Below, piece after piece: positions 6,413 through 15,536 of a DNA stretch of 64,000 nucleotides (within the stretch, counting starts at the first letter, position 1; each line of letters starts with the position of its first letter). Origin of the DNA: Synergistota bacterium (lineage in GTDB: Bacteria; Synergistota; Synergistia; Synergistales; 79-D21); contig JALHIN010000014.1 in NCBI GenBank assembly GCA_022839995.1, positions 2,664-66,663 of the forward strand, in the 5' to 3' direction. The position numbers and the translations under genes are program-made. A model generated the notes under the pieces. The model worked only from the letters and a program-made list of their open reading frames with translations. It was not told the DNA's origin and made no database searches.

Positions 6413-7620
6413 GACGCCCCCCTGACGGCATCGATCATCTGGATGACACGGGAATTCTCCCTGACGTCGTGGACCCGGACCAGGGAAACGCCCTGCCAGG
6501 CGCAAAGTGCCGTCAGCGCGAGGGTTCCCTCCAGGCGGTCTGCAGGGGAAGGCAAGGAAAGGACGTGGCCGATGGTGCTTTTTCGTGAATGACCGATCAG
6601 CAGGGGACGTCCCAGCGTGGAGAAGGCCTTTGAATGTTTCAGGAGGCTCAGGTTATGGCAGGGGTTCTTCGCGAAACCGAGCCCCGGGTCGAGGATTACG
6701 GCTTCTTCCCTGATCCCTTCATTGACCGCATTTTTCAGGGATTTCTCCAATTCTTGCAGGACTTCTCCTACCACGTCCCCGTAAGAAGGGTTCTCCTGCA
6801 TGGTCCGGGGCGTTTCCCGGCTGTGCATCAGGATCACCGGGACTTGAAGCCGTGACAGGGTTGTTGGCATTTCGGGATCGTACCGCAGGCCCGAAACATC
6901 GTTGACGATGTCGGCTCCAGCTTCCACTGCGGCCTGGGCAACGACGGCCTTCCGGGTATCCACCGAGAGGACACAGCCAGGCAGGATGCGGCGGATTCCC
7001 ATCACGACGGGAATGATGCGTTCGATCTCCTCCCGGGGATCCAGGTCCAGAGCGCCGGGCCGTGTCGATTCCCCGCCGATGTCCACGATGTCCGCGCCTT
7101 CTTCGAACTGGGCGAGAGCCGTCCGGATAGCCTCATTTGGTTCAAGTCGGCGGCTTCCTTCAAAAAAGGAATCTCCCGTGACATTTACAATGCCCATGAT
7201 TTTGGTCCGTCCACCGAGCGTCAATTTCCTGCCGCCGGGAAGGGGGATGTCCCAGCTGGATCTCCGGGAGTTGGAGAGGGCCTCAGAAAGAGCGAGCCTG
7301 AACTCGCCAAGCCCCCAGTAGGGCATGGATTCAAGCTTTTCCAGCAAACGGCAGTATTGTCCCGGCGTGCCGATGAACAAGGCATCGGTGACGGGGACCC
7401 CGCAGTCGATCGTTCTGCGGTGCACGATCACGTCTCCCCCGCGCGAAAGCATTTCCTGCTTGAGTGCGTTGGCTGCCCGAACGTCGATTTCCTTGACGAA
7501 AAAAAGGAGCGTTTCCTTTTTTGCTGCGAAATAGGGCACGCTTCGCCGGTCGGCGCCTATCCTGTCGATTTGGTCGAGGAGTTCCTGCTCGGTCATCTTG
7601 TCCAGTAAATAAAGATTCAT
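6409..7620 (-). CDS. folP: dihydropteroate synthase with ~130-aa N-terminal extra domain
   Basis: IMGIVNVTGDSF, DIGGESTRPGA and GFAKN identify the pterin-binding DHPS core in the C-terminal ~270 aa. Confidence 0.85.
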   Translation of the reverse strand: MNLYLLDKMTEQELLDQIDRIGADRRSVPYFAAKKETLLFFVKEIDVRAANALKQEMLSRGGDVIVHRRTIDCGVPVTDALFIGTPGQYCRLLEKLESMPYWGLGEFRLALSEALSNSRRSSWDIPLPGGRKLTLGGRTKIMGIVNVTGDSFFEGSRRLEPNEAIRTALAQFEEGADIVDIGGESTRPGALDLDPREEIERIIPVVMGIRRILPGCVLSVDTRKAVVAQAAVEAGADIVNDVSGLRYDPEMPTTLSRLQVPVILMHSRETPRTMQENPSYGDVVGEVLQELEKSLKNAVNEGIREEAVILDPGLGFAKNPCHNLSLLKHSKAFSTLGRPLLIGHSRKSTIGHVLSLPSPADRLEGTLALTALCAWQGVSLVRVHDVRENSRVIQMIDAVRGAS

Positions 7621-7711
7621 GGTCCCTCTTCTTTTGAAAAGAAATTCGAAGCTACCGCGAATGGATGTTATCGCCTCGCCGGGAAGGGGTCAAGCCAGGG
7701 ATGGAGTCGGC

Positions 7712-8359
7712 TCAGACCCACTCCTGCACGATTTCTGAAAGGTGCCGGCTCTGGTTCAGCAGCGTCAGGCAATATCCGCGCTTTTCCTCGTGAACGAGAA
7801 CGGAGTATGAGGCCGTGTCCACGTGAAGTTTCCAGAAAGAGGGTTCGGCTATTCCCAGGCAAGCAGCCAGAAGGGGTTTGATTACGGCGCGGTGGGAGAC
7901 GATGGCGATGGTCTGCCCCGGGTGGGTTCTGACGAGATGTTCCAGGTTGGAAAAAGACCTCCTTTGGACTTCTGCCAGCGATTCCCCCCCGGGGATGTGA
8001 AGCCGATCCGGATGTTCGAGCCAAAGCCTCCATTCCTCAGGGTATTCCTGTTCGACCTCTTTTTTGGGGCGCCCTTCCCATATGCCCAATGCGATGTTGT
8101 TGAACCCGGCCCTGATTTCCCACTCCGCGTTGCAGGCGCGTGAAATCCTGGAAGCGGTTTCGGTTGCACGGGAGAGGGGGCTGGAAAAGATCCTGGAGAT
8201 CCCGAGATTCTTCAGCTCGGCGGCGAGAGCTTCGGCCTGCCGGATTCCGTTTTCGTTCAGGGGAAAATCGCACCTGCCCCTGAACAGCCCCTCGCGGTTT
8301 CCTTCGCATTCTCCGTGCCTGACGACGACGACAGTTGTTCGAACGACCGGTTGAACCAA
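7712..8359 (-). CDS. histidine phosphatase family protein (phosphoglycerate mutase / alpha-ribazole phosphatase-like)
   Basis: VVVVRHGECEGN carries the RHG motif, and IVSHRAVI lies further downstream. I chose the TTG at 8359, 6 nt after AAGGAGGG. Alternative ATG starts are at 8380, 8395 and 8455. Confidence 0.7.
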   Translation of the reverse strand: MVQPVVRTTVVVVRHGECEGNREGLFRGRCDFPLNENGIRQAEALAAELKNLGISRIFSSPLSRATETASRISRACNAEWEIRAGFNNIALGIWEGRPKKEVEQEYPEEWRLWLEHPDRLHIPGGESLAEVQRRSFSNLEHLVRTHPGQTIAIVSHRAVIKPLLAACLGIAEPSFWKLHVDTASYSVLVHEEKRGYCLTLLNQSRHLSEIVQEWV

Positions 8360-8435
8360 TTTGCACCCTCCTTCAGGCATCGAATCGAAATCCATTCTAT
8401 TGTAACGGCTTCGGTGAGGAGCTTTTTGACTTGTG

Positions 8436-8464
8436 TTGACAATCCGCCGGGTCATTGATACCCT
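8436..8464 (+). promoter_or_regulatory. sigma-70-type promoter of the hrcA operon
   Basis: TTGACA (8436-8441), a 17-nt spacer, then TACCCT preceded by TG (extended -10: TGATACCCT). It lies directly upstream of CIRCE. Confidence 0.55.
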
Positions 8465-8480
8465 ACCGGACGGATAGATT

Positions 8481-8507
8481 TTGGCACTCTCGTCTCTTGA
8501 GTGCCAA
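8481..8507 (+). promoter_or_regulatory. CIRCE operator (HrcA binding site)
   Basis: TTGGCACTC-N9-GAGTGCCAA is a perfect inverted repeat. It compares with the consensus TTAGCACTC-N9-GAGTGCTAA and lies 23 nt upstream of the hrcA start. Confidence 0.85.
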
Positions 8508-8529
8508 CCGGAAGGGGGAGGTGAAGAAC

Positions 8530-9555
8530 ATGCTGACAGAAAGGCAATACGAGGTCGTGATGGCGATTGTATTCGAATACATCCATACGGGCGAACCGGT
8601 CGGCTCGCGGTCGCTTTCGAAGAAATACCTGACCCGCATCAGTGCCGCGACGATCCGGAACGAGATGGCCGACCTGGAGGAAATGGGCTTCATCACCCAG
8701 CCCCACACTTCTGCTGGCCGGGTTCCGACGAGCAAGGCCTTCCGGATTTACGTCGATTCTATCCTGGAGGGAAAGAGGCAGAAAAGCCCGGAACTCGCCG
8801 ACAGGCTCCTTGACCTGAAACGGCAGCGTGCCGATTTCGAACAGGTTCTGGTGTACTCTTCCCAGCTCCTGAGCCGGGCCACGCAGACCGTCGCCCTTGC
8901 CGCTTCGGCTCCCTTGGCGCAGGTCCGGCTGGAGCGAGTCGAATTCGTCAGCATTGATTCGAACCATGCCCTTCTTCTGGTTGTCCTCCAGGGGCGCTTG
9001 ATCCACCAGAAAATGCTCGCGTTCCCCTGTGAAATGCCCCGGGAGACCCTGGATGAAATTGCCAGGAGAATCAATGCGATAGCCTCCGGCAAACCCTGGG
9101 ATGAAGTCCGCGATGGTCTCAGGATGTTCCTCCTGAACGAGCTGACCGAGGTTTCCGAAAGTTGTCGCCTGGCGATGACGGAAATCGACAGGCTCCTTTC
9201 GGCGGAGAACTTTCGTTTCTTTACCACGGGAATTCACCACATCCTGAACCTGCCTGACTTCCAAGATATCGGACGGCTGCAGGCGATTCTCTCCCTCCTC
9301 GAGGAAGAGGAGGCGCTTTCGAGGATGGTCAGGCGCTACTCGGCAAAGGATGGGTTGAACATCGTCATCGGCAACGAGGACCCGGAATCCGGCCTGGGAG
9401 CCTTTTCGGCGCTCTTTTCTTCCTACAGCGGGAAAGGAACCCGTACGGTGCTCGGGTTGATCGGGCCGGTCCGGATGGATTACGAAAAAGCAATCGCCGC
9501 ATTGGAAACTGTTTGGGACGGTTTGTCCGAGAATGGGAATTTGGAGGGTCGCTGA
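8530..9555 (+). CDS. hrcA: heat-inducible transcription repressor HrcA
   Basis: MLTERQYEVVMAIVFEYIHTGEPVGSRSLSKKY is the canonical HrcA N-terminus. GGGGGAGGTGA serves as RBS. Position upstream of grpE is as expected. Confidence 0.9.
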   Translation: MLTERQYEVVMAIVFEYIHTGEPVGSRSLSKKYLTRISAATIRNEMADLEEMGFITQPHTSAGRVPTSKAFRIYVDSILEGKRQKSPELADRLLDLKRQRADFEQVLVYSSQLLSRATQTVALAASAPLAQVRLERVEFVSIDSNHALLLVVLQGRLIHQKMLAFPCEMPRETLDEIARRINAIASGKPWDEVRDGLRMFLLNELTEVSESCRLAMTEIDRLLSAENFRFFTTGIHHILNLPDFQDIGRLQAILSLLEEEEALSRMVRRYSAKDGLNIVIGNEDPESGLGAFSALFSSYSGKGTRTVLGLIGPVRMDYEKAIAALETVWDGLSENGNLEGR

Positions 9556-9575
9556 AGGATTGGGGAGGAATTGCA

Positions 9576-10151
9576 ATGTCTGAACAGTATAGGCCGAAGG
9601 CAAGCGACGAGGAAGGAAACAACGGTCGTGCCGCCCAAGAGGAAGCCGAGATCCTGAGTCCTGAAAAAGTGGCCGACGACAGGGCTGAATTGGAGGAAAA
9701 GCTCAGGGAAACCGAAAAGGCCGTCGAAGCCCTGAGACAGGAAGGCCTAAGGATAAAGGCGGACTTTCTGAATTACCGTGCCCGGGTCGAACGGGATTCG
9801 GCGCGAATGAAACTTCTTGCTGCGGAAAGCGCGATCCTGAACCTTCTTCCGGTGCTGGACAACCTGGATCGGGCGATCGGATCTGCCGAAAGCAAACAGG
9901 GGGAAGCTCTCCTGGAGGGAGTCAAGCTGGTCCGTTCACAGTTTTTCACAGCCCTTCAGGGGATGGGCCTGGAAGAAATCGAGGCCGAGGGGTGTCTGTT
10001 CAACCCGGAAACCCATGAAGCCGTTCTGGTTTCGCCTGTAGGGGACCCTTCGGAAGACGGGAAAATCCTGGAGGTCCTGCAAAAAGGCTATCGATTGGGA
10101 GACAGGGTTGTCCGTCCCTCGAAGGTCAGGGTCGGCCGGTATGACGGATAA
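9576..10151 (+). CDS. grpE: nucleotide exchange factor GrpE
   Basis: The coiled-coil region, LRIKADFLNYRARVERD and LLPVLDNLDRA are GrpE signatures. Confidence 0.9.
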   Translation: MSEQYRPKASDEEGNNGRAAQEEAEILSPEKVADDRAELEEKLRETEKAVEALRQEGLRIKADFLNYRARVERDSARMKLLAAESAILNLLPVLDNLDRAIGSAESKQGEALLEGVKLVRSQFFTALQGMGLEEIEAEGCLFNPETHEAVLVSPVGDPSEDGKILEVLQKGYRLGDRVVRPSKVRVGRYDG

Positions 10152-10176
10152 TCCCGTAGATTGAGGGGGGATCCGT

Positions 10177-11301
10177 TTGGCCGCCATGGATGACCCGAAA
10201 GGGTACTACCGTCTCCTGGAGGTTCCTCCCGGCGCCTCCCAGGAAGAGATCAAGAAGAGCTATCGGAGGCTTGCCAGGACCTACCATCCCGATGCCAACC
10301 CGGGGAACCCGGAGGCCGAAGAACACTTCAAACTGGTCAACGAAGCCTACGCAGTGCTGGGTGACCCTGAAAAACGGGAACAGTACGATCGATTCGGAAC
10401 CGTCGGTAACGGTATGGGCGGATACGGTCCCTTCCGCGGGCAGGACCCGTTCAGCGACATGTTCGGGGACTTGTTCGAGACATTTATGGGCGGCGGGCAA
10501 CGGGCCCGGGCGAACGCTCCCCGCCAGGGAAGCGACCTGGAAGCCGCGGTTCGGATCTCCCTGAAGGAGGCAGCATCCGGAACCACCCGGAAGGTTACGG
10601 TTTCCCGAAGGGAGCAATGCGACCGGTGCGGGGGGTCAGGAGCCGAACCGGGCACAAAAGCGGAGACCTGTCCCAACTGCAGAGGCAGTGGACAGGTCGA
10701 GCAGGCTGCCAGGACTCCTTTCGGCCACTTCGTGACGGTGGTGCCCTGCGCTCGCTGCGGGGGCACCGGCCGTGTCATTCCGAACCCCTGCACGGAATGC
10801 TCCGGGCAGGGGCTAAAAAAAACCCGGCGCGAAATCGAGGTGCGAATCCCGTCGGGGGTTGACACCGGAAACCGCCTGAGGGTCAACGGAGGCGGAGAGG
10901 CAGGAATCAACGGAGGGCCGCCCGGGGATCTTTTCGTTCACATCGAGGTCGAACCGGATCCGCTTTTCATTCGGGATGGGAACGACTTGCACACGCAGGC
11001 GGTGATTTCCTTCCCGCAGGCCGTGCTGGGGTGCCAGGTGGAAATCCCCTCCCTGGATGGAACGGAGAAAAAGGAACTGCCAGCCGGTACTCGGCCGGGA
11101 GATACCTTTCGCTTGAAGGGAAAGGGGATGCCGCGGCTTCGCGGAGGCGGCAGAGGCGACCTGATCGTTCACGTGGATGTCGACATCCCCAGGAACCTGA
11201 CGGAAAAAGCCAGGCATCTCGTTGAAGAACTTGCCGAGGAAATGGGTACGCCGGTACAGCCGCCGGGCTTTCTCGACAGGCTGAAGACCTGGCTTTCCTG
11301 A
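10177..11301 (+). CDS. dnaJ: molecular chaperone DnaJ
   Basis: J-domain with YHPDANP, a G/F-rich linker, and four CxxCxGxG repeats (CDRCGGSG, CPNCRGSG, CARCGGTG, CTECSGQG). Confidence 0.9.
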   Translation: MAAMDDPKGYYRLLEVPPGASQEEIKKSYRRLARTYHPDANPGNPEAEEHFKLVNEAYAVLGDPEKREQYDRFGTVGNGMGGYGPFRGQDPFSDMFGDLFETFMGGGQRARANAPRQGSDLEAAVRISLKEAASGTTRKVTVSRREQCDRCGGSGAEPGTKAETCPNCRGSGQVEQAARTPFGHFVTVVPCARCGGTGRVIPNPCTECSGQGLKKTRREIEVRIPSGVDTGNRLRVNGGGEAGINGGPPGDLFVHIEVEPDPLFIRDGNDLHTQAVISFPQAVLGCQVEIPSLDGTEKKELPAGTRPGDTFRLKGKGMPRLRGGGRGDLIVHVDVDIPRNLTEKARHLVEELAEEMGTPVQPPGFLDRLKTWLS

Positions 11302-11338
11302 AACTGCGAAAGCATCCCGGTTCGTGGTAGGATTGATT

Positions 11339-11370
11339 CGAGGGAGGGAGGCGTCAGCCTCCCTCCCTTG
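11339..11370 (+). terminator. stable hairpin after dnaJ (possible partial terminator or processing site)
   Basis: AGGGAGGGAGGC (11341-11352), loop GTCA, GCCTCCCTCCCT (11357-11368), with 2 further flanking pairs. The U-tract is weak. Confidence 0.4.
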
Positions 11371-11391
11371 GCTATTCGGGGGGTGAAAACG

Positions 11392-12261
11392 GTGGGGGAA
11401 AAAGAATCTTTCTGGTGGTACATAACCCTGGAGACGAAAAGCGGGAACGAGGAAACCCTGGCGTCTCTCGCAGAACTTTCAGGGAGCATCGGATCCGAAT
11501 TTTTCGAAGGCAACGGCCGCATCGGAGTTCGTGCCTATTACCGCAGTCATTTTGAATTGGGGTACTGGTTGAAGCGGCTTGGAGACATCCTGAAACCCTG
11601 GCCGGAAATCGGCATTCGGGACATGGGCAAGATCGAAAACCGAGCCTGGCACACCACCTGGAAAGAGGCCTTCCCTCCGCTTGAAGTCGGGAGGAACCTC
11701 GTCGTGATGGCTCCATGGCACCAGGGATCCGAACCCCCGGGGAAAACGGCTCTTTACGTTTATCCCGGCAGCGCCTTCGGAACGGGATACCATGAAAGCA
11801 CGCAAATCGTCCTGGAGTTGATGGAGGACTTCCTGAAGCCCGGAATGGAAGCCGCAGACATCGGAACCGGATCGGCAATCCTGGCGATTGCCGCGGTCAA
11901 GCTGGGTGCGAAGAGATGTTGGGCTCGAGACATCGATCCGGCCGTCCTTGCCGAAGCAAGGGAAAACTGCCGGCTGAACGGGATAGCGGAAGAAACCGTG
12001 CTGATCGAGCAGGGAGACCTGCTCAAGGGTTTCACGCGCCGGGTGGACATTCTTACCGCGAACATCGTCCTCGAGCCCCTGTTAATGCTGCTGCCTTCAG
12101 TACCGGTCGTGCTCAGGCCGGGGGGGAAGGCCGTCTTTTCGGGGCTGGTGAAGAAAGAAAGGGAACAGTTCCTTGAAGCGCTGGCAAAAACCGGGCTTGA
12201 AAGCGTCCAGGAGCGGACGAAGGGAGAATGGTGGGGTGTCGCTGCCCAGGCTGCGTCTTGA
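11392..12261 (+). CDS. prmA: ribosomal protein L11 methyltransferase
   Basis: IDPGSAFGTGYHESTQ-like region (YPGSAFGTGYHESTQ), SAM motif DIGTGSAILAIAA, and synteny after dnaJ. Start is uncertain (GTG 11392 or 11383, TTG 11368). Confidence 0.8.
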   Translation: MGEKESFWWYITLETKSGNEETLASLAELSGSIGSEFFEGNGRIGVRAYYRSHFELGYWLKRLGDILKPWPEIGIRDMGKIENRAWHTTWKEAFPPLEVGRNLVVMAPWHQGSEPPGKTALYVYPGSAFGTGYHESTQIVLELMEDFLKPGMEAADIGTGSAILAIAAVKLGAKRCWARDIDPAVLAEARENCRLNGIAEETVLIEQGDLLKGFTRRVDILTANIVLEPLLMLLPSVPVVLRPGGKAVFSGLVKKEREQFLEALAKTGLESVQERTKGEWWGVAAQAAS

Positions 12262-13024
12262 ACGGTGCGCCGATCTCGGCGGGGGGATGTGGAAGGTCGA
12301 CGAAGGCCAGGCCCGTCACCTTCTTAGGGTACTGAGAATTCCTCCCCGAGGCGAGGTCGAAGGCCTCATTGCCGGTAAACGGTGGCGGATGGCACTGGAA
12401 ATTTCCGGAGAAGGGCTTTTTGCCAGGACACTCTACCAGGTCCCGGAAGCGGGGCATCCTCCCCGTATCGTGCTCCTGGCCTCACTTTTGAAGGGAAACG
12501 ATTTCGAACTCCTTTTAAGGGGGGTAACCGAAATTGGAGTCTCGACGATCGTGCCGATAGCGGCCTCACGATCCGTGCCCCGCTACAGCGGACCCGAAGC
12601 AGGGAAAAAGTTGCTGCGGTGGAAACGAATCCTGGAGGAATCGACCCGACAGTGCGGAGCTCCGGTAATCCCCGAAATAACTGCCCCTGTTCCTCTGGAA
12701 AAGGCTGTAGAAGTCGGCCTCCCGCCCTATCGGATCGCAGGATTCCTCGGAGAAAGGGCGATGCCGGTCGGGAGTTTCCCCCCGCGGCCCGAGGCGACCG
12801 TGGCGATCGGTCCTGAGGGGGATTGGGATGACCGGGAGAAACAGGTCCTGCTGGAGGCCGGTTTCTGTCCCGTTCGCCTTGGGCCTTTCGTGATGAAGGC
12901 CGTTACTGCAGCGATTGTCGCTTGTTCCTATCTTGTCCTTGCCTGGGAGGCCAACGTCATTGGGAAAAATCGAGGGGAAGAAGTTTCGGATCCGGGTCCT
13001 GGGATGCAGGACGAACCAGTATGA
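12236..13024 (+). CDS. rsmE: 16S rRNA (uracil1498-N3)-methyltransferase RsmE
   Basis: RsmE-like LLRGVTEIGVSTIVP, SVPRY and IGPEGDW, with synteny prmA-rsmE-mtaB. The GTG start at 12236 overlaps the prmA 3' end. The 3' end overlaps mtaB. Confidence 0.7.
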   Translation: MSLPRLRLERCADLGGGMWKVDEGQARHLLRVLRIPPRGEVEGLIAGKRWRMALEISGEGLFARTLYQVPEAGHPPRIVLLASLLKGNDFELLLRGVTEIGVSTIVPIAASRSVPRYSGPEAGKKLLRWKRILEESTRQCGAPVIPEITAPVPLEKAVEVGLPPYRIAGFLGERAMPVGSFPPRPEATVAIGPEGDWDDREKQVLLEAGFCPVRLGPFVMKAVTAAIVACSYLVLAWEANVIGKNRGEEVSDPGPGMQDEPV

Positions 13025-14261
13025 AGCGGAAGCCGTCGCTTCAGCCCTCGTCCTTCGGGGAGCCCGCCCCTCCGAGGAAGAGTGGGATGTTGCGGTCCTG
13101 CTTTCCTGTACGGTCACTTCGGAGGCCGACAGGAAATGCCGCCAGCAGGTCCGGCGGTTGAGGCGGGAAAACCCTCAAGGGGTGATCGTCGCCGCCGGTT
13201 GCTGGGCCCAGGAACTCGATGAAGAGGAAGGCGCGAAAATCGGTCTCGACGCGATCGTCGGGAACCGGCTGAAGGCCGCTTTACCGGAAATCCTCGAGAA
13301 GATCCTGGCAGAAGGGACCAGGCCTCGAGCCCCGGTTGTCTGCCGGCTCCCGAGCCCGCCGAACGGGGATTGGGACAAGCTTTCCGTGGAGAGGACAACC
13401 CTGCGCACGCGGGCCTTCATAAAGGTCCAGGAAGGGTGCGATCATTACTGCTCCTATTGCATCGTTCCCTATGTACGGGGGGGGCCGGTTAGCCGGGATT
13501 CAGGGGAAATCCTGGAAGAAGTTCGGAGAGTGGCCGTTGCGGGTTGCCGCGAGGTTGTCCTGACCGGTGTCCACCTGGGCCTGTACCGGCACGGGGAAGG
13601 AGGGGGGCTGGCGCGGCTCGTGAGGGAGATAGCGAAGACTCCCGGGATCTGCCGTATCCGCTTCGGTTCGATCGAACCCTTTGCCCTTGACGAAAACCTG
13701 GTCCGGACCCTGGCGGAAACACCCGGGTTCTGTCCCCACCTTCATCTTCCGCTTCAAAGCGGTGACGACGGGGTCCTCCGCGCGATGCGCCGCGGATACA
13801 GTGCTGCGGAATTCCGCCGGATCGTCGAGAAGGTTCGCGGACTGTGGCGGGAGAAAATTCATTTTTCCACCGATCTGCTCGTGGGGTTTCCAGGCGAATC
13901 CGATGCAGCGTTCGAAAACACCCTCGCTCTTGTCCGGGAACTGGAATTTGGCAAACTCCACGTGTTTCCCTACTCCAGGCGTCCCGGGACGGAGGCGGCC
14001 TGCATGAAGGGGCAGGTGCCGGAAGCAGTTGTGCGGGCCCGCTGCGAGGCGGGGATCCGCCTGGGGGAGAATCTGCTGGAACGCTACGCCGCTTCTTTCA
14101 TAGGGAAAACCGTGCCCGTCCTGGTTGAAAAGAGAAAGGGAAAAGAAGCACGGGGGCTTACCCCGCACTTCCTTCCAGTTCACTGGAATGGAGGAGGGGA
14201 AACCGGCGGGGTCTGCGACGTGGAGGTCAAGGGGTACAAAAGCGGAAAGCTTTTGGGGTAG
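12960..14261 (+). CDS. mtaB: tRNA (N6-threonylcarbamoyladenosine37) methylthiotransferase MtaB (radical SAM)
   Basis: N-terminal VLGCRTNQYEAE, radical-SAM CDHYCSYC, and a C-terminal TRAM-like region. Start is uncertain (TTG at 12960 after GGGAGG, or TTG at 12915). Confidence 0.8.
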   Translation: MGKIEGKKFRIRVLGCRTNQYEAEAVASALVLRGARPSEEEWDVAVLLSCTVTSEADRKCRQQVRRLRRENPQGVIVAAGCWAQELDEEEGAKIGLDAIVGNRLKAALPEILEKILAEGTRPRAPVVCRLPSPPNGDWDKLSVERTTLRTRAFIKVQEGCDHYCSYCIVPYVRGGPVSRDSGEILEEVRRVAVAGCREVVLTGVHLGLYRHGEGGGLARLVREIAKTPGICRIRFGSIEPFALDENLVRTLAETPGFCPHLHLPLQSGDDGVLRAMRRGYSAAEFRRIVEKVRGLWREKIHFSTDLLVGFPGESDAAFENTLALVRELEFGKLHVFPYSRRPGTEAACMKGQVPEAVVRARCEAGIRLGENLLERYAASFIGKTVPVLVEKRKGKEARGLTPHFLPVHWNGGGETGGVCDVEVKGYKSGKLLG

Positions 14262-14314
14262 GATTTCGCGTTTGAACTTCCGGACTATTGTTCCTTCCTG
14301 AAAGCTGGGATAAA

Positions 14315-14686
14315 ATGACTCCATCCTGCATGGACGGGGTGAACGGCTTGGCGGGTACCTGTGTCTTCTGCGAAATCATTGAAGGACGCAGAAAAGCCGA
14401 GATTCTTCATGAAGATCCCGAGGTCCTGGCTTTCAAGGACATCCTCCCGCAGGCTCCGACGCATATCCTGATCGTCCCGAAGGCGCATTTCCCATCTGTA
14501 GCCACGGTGGATCCTGAAGTCTGGGGAAAGGTCATGTCGGTTGCGGTGAAGCTTGCGGAAAAACTCGGGATCGAAGGGGAAGGGTTTCGCCTCGTGATCA
14601 ACGATGGCCCGAAGGCGGGACAGACTATCCCTCACCTTCACGTGCACCTGTTGGCGGGACGGTCGTTCCGCTGGCCACCGGGATGA
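14315..14686 (+). CDS. HIT (histidine triad) family protein
   Basis: CVFCEII at the N-terminus and the histidine triad HLHVHLL. Confidence 0.8.
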   Translation: MTPSCMDGVNGLAGTCVFCEIIEGRRKAEILHEDPEVLAFKDILPQAPTHILIVPKAHFPSVATVDPEVWGKVMSVAVKLAEKLGIEGEGFRLVINDGPKAGQTIPHLHVHLLAGRSFRWPPG

Positions 14687-14716
14687 GCGTGGGTGGCATG
14701 AAAGGGGGGATTCGGG

Positions 14717-14896
14717 ATGACAACTGTCGTTCGCAAGGACAATGAATCGATCGAAGACGCCTTGAGGCGTTTCAAGCGTGAAGTCTCCAAAGTGGGTGTT
14801 CTGCGCGAGGCGAGGCGCCACGAGCACTACCAGAAGCCGAGTGAGGCGAAGAAACTCAAGAGGGCGGCTGCGGCGAAGAAGAGGAAACGTTCCTAG
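14717..14896 (+). CDS. rpsU: 30S ribosomal protein S21
   Basis: Not in the ORF track (59 aa). I translated [59 protein letters not shown] by hand. GGGGGGA serves as RBS. Confidence 0.9.
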   Translation: MTTVVRKDNESIEDALRRFKREVSKVGVLREARRHEHYQKPSEAKKLKRAAAAKKRKRS

Positions 14897-14912
14897 CAGG
14901 GGAGGCCTTCGG

Positions 14913-15374
14913 GTGGAATTGCAGAATCGTATCCAGCAAGACCTTGTCCAATCGATGAAGGATCGCGACGAGCTTCGCCTGGGTACGCTCCGGATGTTGA
15001 AAGCTGCCCTGCAACTGGCCCAGGTGGAGAAGGGGAAAAACGAGCCCCTTTCCGACGAAGACGTTCTCGCGGTTATCCAGAGGCTGATCAAGCAAAGAAG
15101 GGAAGCGTGCGAGCAGTACAGGGCCCATGGCGCAGAGGATAGGGCAGCCCGCGAGCTTGAAGAGGCGAAGATCCTTGAAACCTACAGGCCCGAGCAGTTG
15201 AAAGATTCCGAAATCGAAGCGATGGCCCTGGAAGCCGCGCTTTCGGTCGGGGCAAAGGACTCCCGAGATATGGGGAAAGTCATGGGAGCTCTGATGCCGA
15301 AAGTCAAAGGGAAAGCGGAGGGCTCCAGGGTCCGTGAAGCGGTCGCCAGGCTGCTCGAAAAAGGCCTTCCCTAG
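14913..15374 (+). CDS. yqeY: GatB/YqeY domain protein
   Basis: The GTG start follows GGGGAGG. LQNRIQQDLVQSMKDRDELRLGTLRMLKAAL and MGKVMGALMPKVKGKAEG are typical of YqeY. Synteny after rpsU matches. Confidence 0.8.
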   Translation: MELQNRIQQDLVQSMKDRDELRLGTLRMLKAALQLAQVEKGKNEPLSDEDVLAVIQRLIKQRREACEQYRAHGAEDRAARELEEAKILETYRPEQLKDSEIEAMALEAALSVGAKDSRDMGKVMGALMPKVKGKAEGSRVREAVARLLEKGLP

Positions 15375-15396
15375 TTGAGACGTCGATCCTTTCTGA

Positions 15397-15424
15397 ACGA
15401 GGGGTGCCGAAAGGCTCCCCTCGT
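15397..15424 (+). terminator. terminator-like hairpin after yqeY
   Basis: ACGAGGGGTGCC, loop GAAA, GGCTCCCCTCGT (one T-T mismatch), followed by CCTTTCC. Confidence 0.5.
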
Positions 15425-15476
15425 CCTTTCCGGTTCAAAGGTCCCAGGTTTGTCCCGAAACTCCCATCCTTAGACC

Positions 15477-15505
15477 CTGACAAGAGGGGAAAATCCGATT
15501 ATAAT
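15477..15505 (+). promoter_or_regulatory. sigma-70 promoter of nrdR-nrdD-nrdG
   Basis: CTGACA (15477-15482), 17 nt, TATAAT (15500-15505), about 32 nt upstream of the nrdR ATG. Confidence 0.65.
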
Positions 15506-15536
15506 GGGTGAGCCACCATATGTGGGGGGTGAGAAG

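Noticed and set aside
7621-7711. 91-nt region upstream of folP, considered for a THF riboswitch.
   Set aside because: I could not identify the conserved THF-riboswitch features by eye. It is too short and unsupported without a covariance-model search.
15511-15526. Palindromic CCACCATATGTGGGG just downstream of the nrdR promoter, considered as a possible NrdR autoregulatory box.
   Set aside because: By my count it matches only about 10 of 16 positions of the remembered NrdR-box consensus, with no second box. This is too weak to call.
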